From a virus (lineage: Duplodnaviria; Caudoviricetes): 26,910 nt of DNA. The stretch covers positions 1 to 26,910 of the IMG/VR virus record IMGVR_UViG_3300025318_000038. One strand, written 5' to 3'. The position numbers and the translations under genes are program-made. The notes under the pieces are model-generated. The model was not told the origin of the DNA. It was given only the letters and a program-made list of their open reading frames with translations, and ran no database searches. Shown piece by piece: positions 24,980-26,910 of this stretch (its first letter is position 1; each line of letters opens with the position of its first letter).

Positions 24980-25369
24980 TTAAGATACTAAATCAAGGTT
25001 GCGATAGGTCAACTCGAAAGTCGCTTTTAATAATTTGCGATTTTCTAAATCACGGTCAAAATCATCTATCTTTCCAAGAGCCTTACAATTATATATCTGG
25101 TAATTCGGCAGATATAATGGCCCCATTCTGTGAAGAAGGGTAAATACAGTTTCAAGTTTAGTATAACCATCCGCCGTATTTCTATATCTGCACCAAACAT
25201 CTATAGTTTGGTATTCTACACCAGTATATTTATCTGGCTCTCCACTTGGTACTGACAACAACATTATAGCATTTTCTATTTCTTTTGGAAACTCACCTAT
25301 AAACAGGTTAGTACCAACTGTGCCTACACCCTGATCTTCAAGCCAAGCAGTAAACTCGTTAATCAACAT
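24980..25369 (-). CDS. Tail terminator / 'minor capsid' family protein
   Basis: GVGTVGTNLFIG and DRDLENR motifs; upstream of the tube gene; ends DLVS. Confidence 0.75.
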   Translation of the reverse strand: MLINEFTAWLEDQGVGTVGTNLFIGEFPKEIENAIMLLSVPSGEPDKYTGVEYQTIDVWCRYRNTADGYTKLETVFTLLHRMGPLYLPNYQIYNCKALGKIDDFDRDLENRKLLKATFELTYRNLDLVS

Positions 25370-25372
25370 AGG

Positions 25373-25741
25373 TTATATCCTTATAGTTTCGAAAGCCTTT
25401 CTAAAATAGTTGTCGCTTTTTCTAATTACTTTTTCGGCCGAGTCTCTTAAATATCTTGACTTCTTACCTTTTTTGAATCCGTGTGGTGGGGTTTCAAATT
25501 CCCAACGTCTTGCATAAGGTGCGTCGGAAGGCGGGGCCTCACCATATCTTATTTCGTAATTTAAAAGTCCAAGTCTTTGCGGCATCCTTGCACCAGTATT
25601 TCGTAGCGTACCCTTATCGTGGGGAACTTGATCGGCACTTAACCGGCGAATATCAACACCCATAAGCAGAAGCGTCTTATCCAAAGCTAAAACATTTTTT
25701 GCTTTAAATTCTTTTGATTTGTCAATAATTATTACGCCCAT
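25373..25741 (-). CDS. HK97 gp10-like neck / tail-completion protein
   Basis: VPHDKGTLRNT, APYARRWE, SRYLRD. Confidence 0.8.
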   Translation of the reverse strand: MGVIIIDKSKEFKAKNVLALDKTLLLMGVDIRRLSADQVPHDKGTLRNTGARMPQRLGLLNYEIRYGEAPPSDAPYARRWEFETPPHGFKKGKKSRYLRDSAEKVIRKSDNYFRKAFETIRI

Positions 25742-25742
25742 A

Positions 25743-26093
25743 TTAAGATACTACATTAAATTTACTTAAAAAACATTTCAAAAAGTGAATCGGGCCGCTA
25801 CTAAAATCCCTAGCCTTGATTATCTTTTCTATTCGAAAATAAGTATCGTCAGCAAATATTACGTTTCCCTTCACGACAGTTGGGGTAACACCATCGCTAC
25901 GGAAAGGATTAAACCAAGCCATAGCCTCTGAGTCGACCTCCTCCATATTGCTGCGGTTACTTTTAATATCGGTTATATACCTAAACTTACCTGTCAGTAC
26001 CAAATTGGTTGTTGGGTCGTCCGACACTACATCACCGTACTCGTTGGTTTCTACCGAAACCAGTATAATTGTTTGATTCATTTCCGGTTTCAT
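25743..26093 (-). CDS. Head closure / head-tail joining protein
   Basis: NEYGD motif, size and synteny; ends NVVS. Confidence 0.7.
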   Translation of the reverse strand: MKPEMNQTIILVSVETNEYGDVVSDDPTTNLVLTGKFRYITDIKSNRSNMEEVDSEAMAWFNPFRSDGVTPTVVKGNVIFADDTYFRIEKIIKARDFSSGPIHFLKCFLSKFNVVS

Positions 26094-26094
26094 A

Positions 26095-26658
26095 TTAAAC
26101 TAAGACTTTTTTATAACTTGAAAGCAAACTTTGTATCTGGGGGTTTTCGGTCAATATATTTGTGTAGACCTCACTGTAGCCTTCTATAGACCTAGATTTT
26201 AAATTTTGTGCATAGGAATCAATTAAGTTGGCGACAATCATAGTGGCTGCCATTTGGATAGCTTCGGGAATACTGGTAAAACCTAAATTGCCGACCACCT
26301 TTATATTCTTAATACCTTTTGACCAAGTACCCCCACGCAAAACAATACTGTTTTTATAGTCTGCGTTTAAAGGATAAAGCTCGTACTCTTCGTTTTCTTC
26401 CAAAGTTACCGTGACAACACTATCCTCATCAATATAAGCGATAGATGTAACCGAGCTGAAGTCATTTATAAAAAGTTCCCTTTTGCCATTACCGTCATAG
26501 TATCTGGTGGCAGCCGTTGTATTTTCAAAAGTACGTCCGCAAATCGTATCTACTAGGTGGTCAACAGCAGGGATAGCGGTAACGATCATACCTACTTCGT
26601 GGGAATTTAAATCTCTTTCAAGGTAGTCTTCTATTTGGGCCTCTGTGGTGTACGGCAC
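26095..26658 (-). CDS. Head-tail adaptor (gp6/gp15-like)
   Basis: YTTEAQI, VDTICGRTF, TRYYDG, NIKVVGNLGFTSIPEAIQMAA, SRSIEGYS. Confidence 0.85.
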   Translation of the reverse strand: MPYTTEAQIEDYLERDLNSHEVGMIVTAIPAVDHLVDTICGRTFENTTAATRYYDGNGKRELFINDFSSVTSIAYIDEDSVVTVTLEENEEYELYPLNADYKNSIVLRGGTWSKGIKNIKVVGNLGFTSIPEAIQMAATMIVANLIDSYAQNLKSRSIEGYSEVYTNILTENPQIQSLLSSYKKVLV

Positions 26659-26828
26659 TATACCTCCCTTCCACTACAGTGGACACAAATAATCTTGCTG
26701 CAATTACTGAAAAATGGCGGTAACTGGTAAGGGTGGCAAGTACAACCGCACTTCAAAGGCTGCGGGTCTTCTATTTCTTTTGTTTCTTTCGGTTCTAGTA
26801 TAGCTTCGTTCTTTGCGTTTTTTATCAT
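26658..26828 (-). CDS. Small Cys/His-rich protein with CxCxCH motif (56 aa; not in track)
   Basis: MIKNAKNEAILEPKETKEIEDPQPLKCGCTCHPYQLPPFFSNCSKIICVHCSGREV; its TAG overlaps the next GTG. Confidence 0.65.
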   Translation of the reverse strand: MIKNAKNEAILEPKETKEIEDPQPLKCGCTCHPYQLPPFFSNCSKIICVHCSGREV

Positions 26829-26845
26829 AGCTTATATCCTTAACC

Positions 26846-26867
26846 CTGCCTCCTGCACGGGAGGCAG
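26846..26867 (-). other. GC-rich hairpin after the capsid gene (stabiliser or partial terminator)
   Basis: CTGCCTCC/GGAGGCAG 8-bp perfect stem; no U tract on the minus strand. Confidence 0.55.
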
Positions 26868-26883
26868 AATAAGGTTATAAACC

Positions 26884-26910
26884 TTAGCTAACTGTTCCAG
26901 TACCTATAAG
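26884..26910 (-). CDS. C-terminus of the probable major capsid protein (...LIGTGTVS*)
   Basis: Only 8 codons are visible; assignment rests on synteny (before the hairpin and head-tail adaptor). Confidence 0.55.
   Translation of the reverse strand, partial: LIGTGTVS

Noticed and set aside
2733-25665. Other plus-strand track ORFs (e.g. 4989-5441, 13048-13362, 15861-16388, 22492-23496, 24645-24911)
   Set aside because: They overlap well-supported minus-strand genes and show no recognisable motifs.
1-26910. CRISPR array, DGR, tRNA, integrase/att site, intron or intein
   Set aside because: No spaced direct repeats, reverse transcriptase, TR/VR pair, tRNA cloverleaf with T-loop, recombinase motif or gene interruption was seen by eye. 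tRNAscan and repeat searches were not run.

Overview
An AT-rich fragment of a tailed (siphovirus-type) dsDNA phage, transcribed almost entirely on the minus strand. Read right to left: the last codons of the probable major capsid gene, head-tail joining genes, tail tube, tail chaperones with a -1 frameshift, a tape measure gene that appears to start at ATT, distal tail, baseplate and fibre genes, lysis genes, a 3D-domain gene, and a replication/recombination block with structured RNA leaders. After these come a short C5 DNA methyltransferase, a ~6.5 kb operon of 4 glycosyltransferase and 3 SAM-methyltransferase genes, small ORFs, a ParB-adenine methyltransferase, TerS and TerL (open at the left edge). 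If the genome is circular, only the portal-to-capsid stretch is missing. No integrase, CI-like repressor, tRNA, CRISPR or reverse transcriptase was seen. Best candidate new system: virion glycosylation with methylated glycans. Four structural proteins (capsid, head closure, tail terminator, tail tube) all end in Val-Ser-stop using different codons, in the same genome as the GT/MTase operon. Product calls come from motif recognition only; no database searches or folding programs were run.
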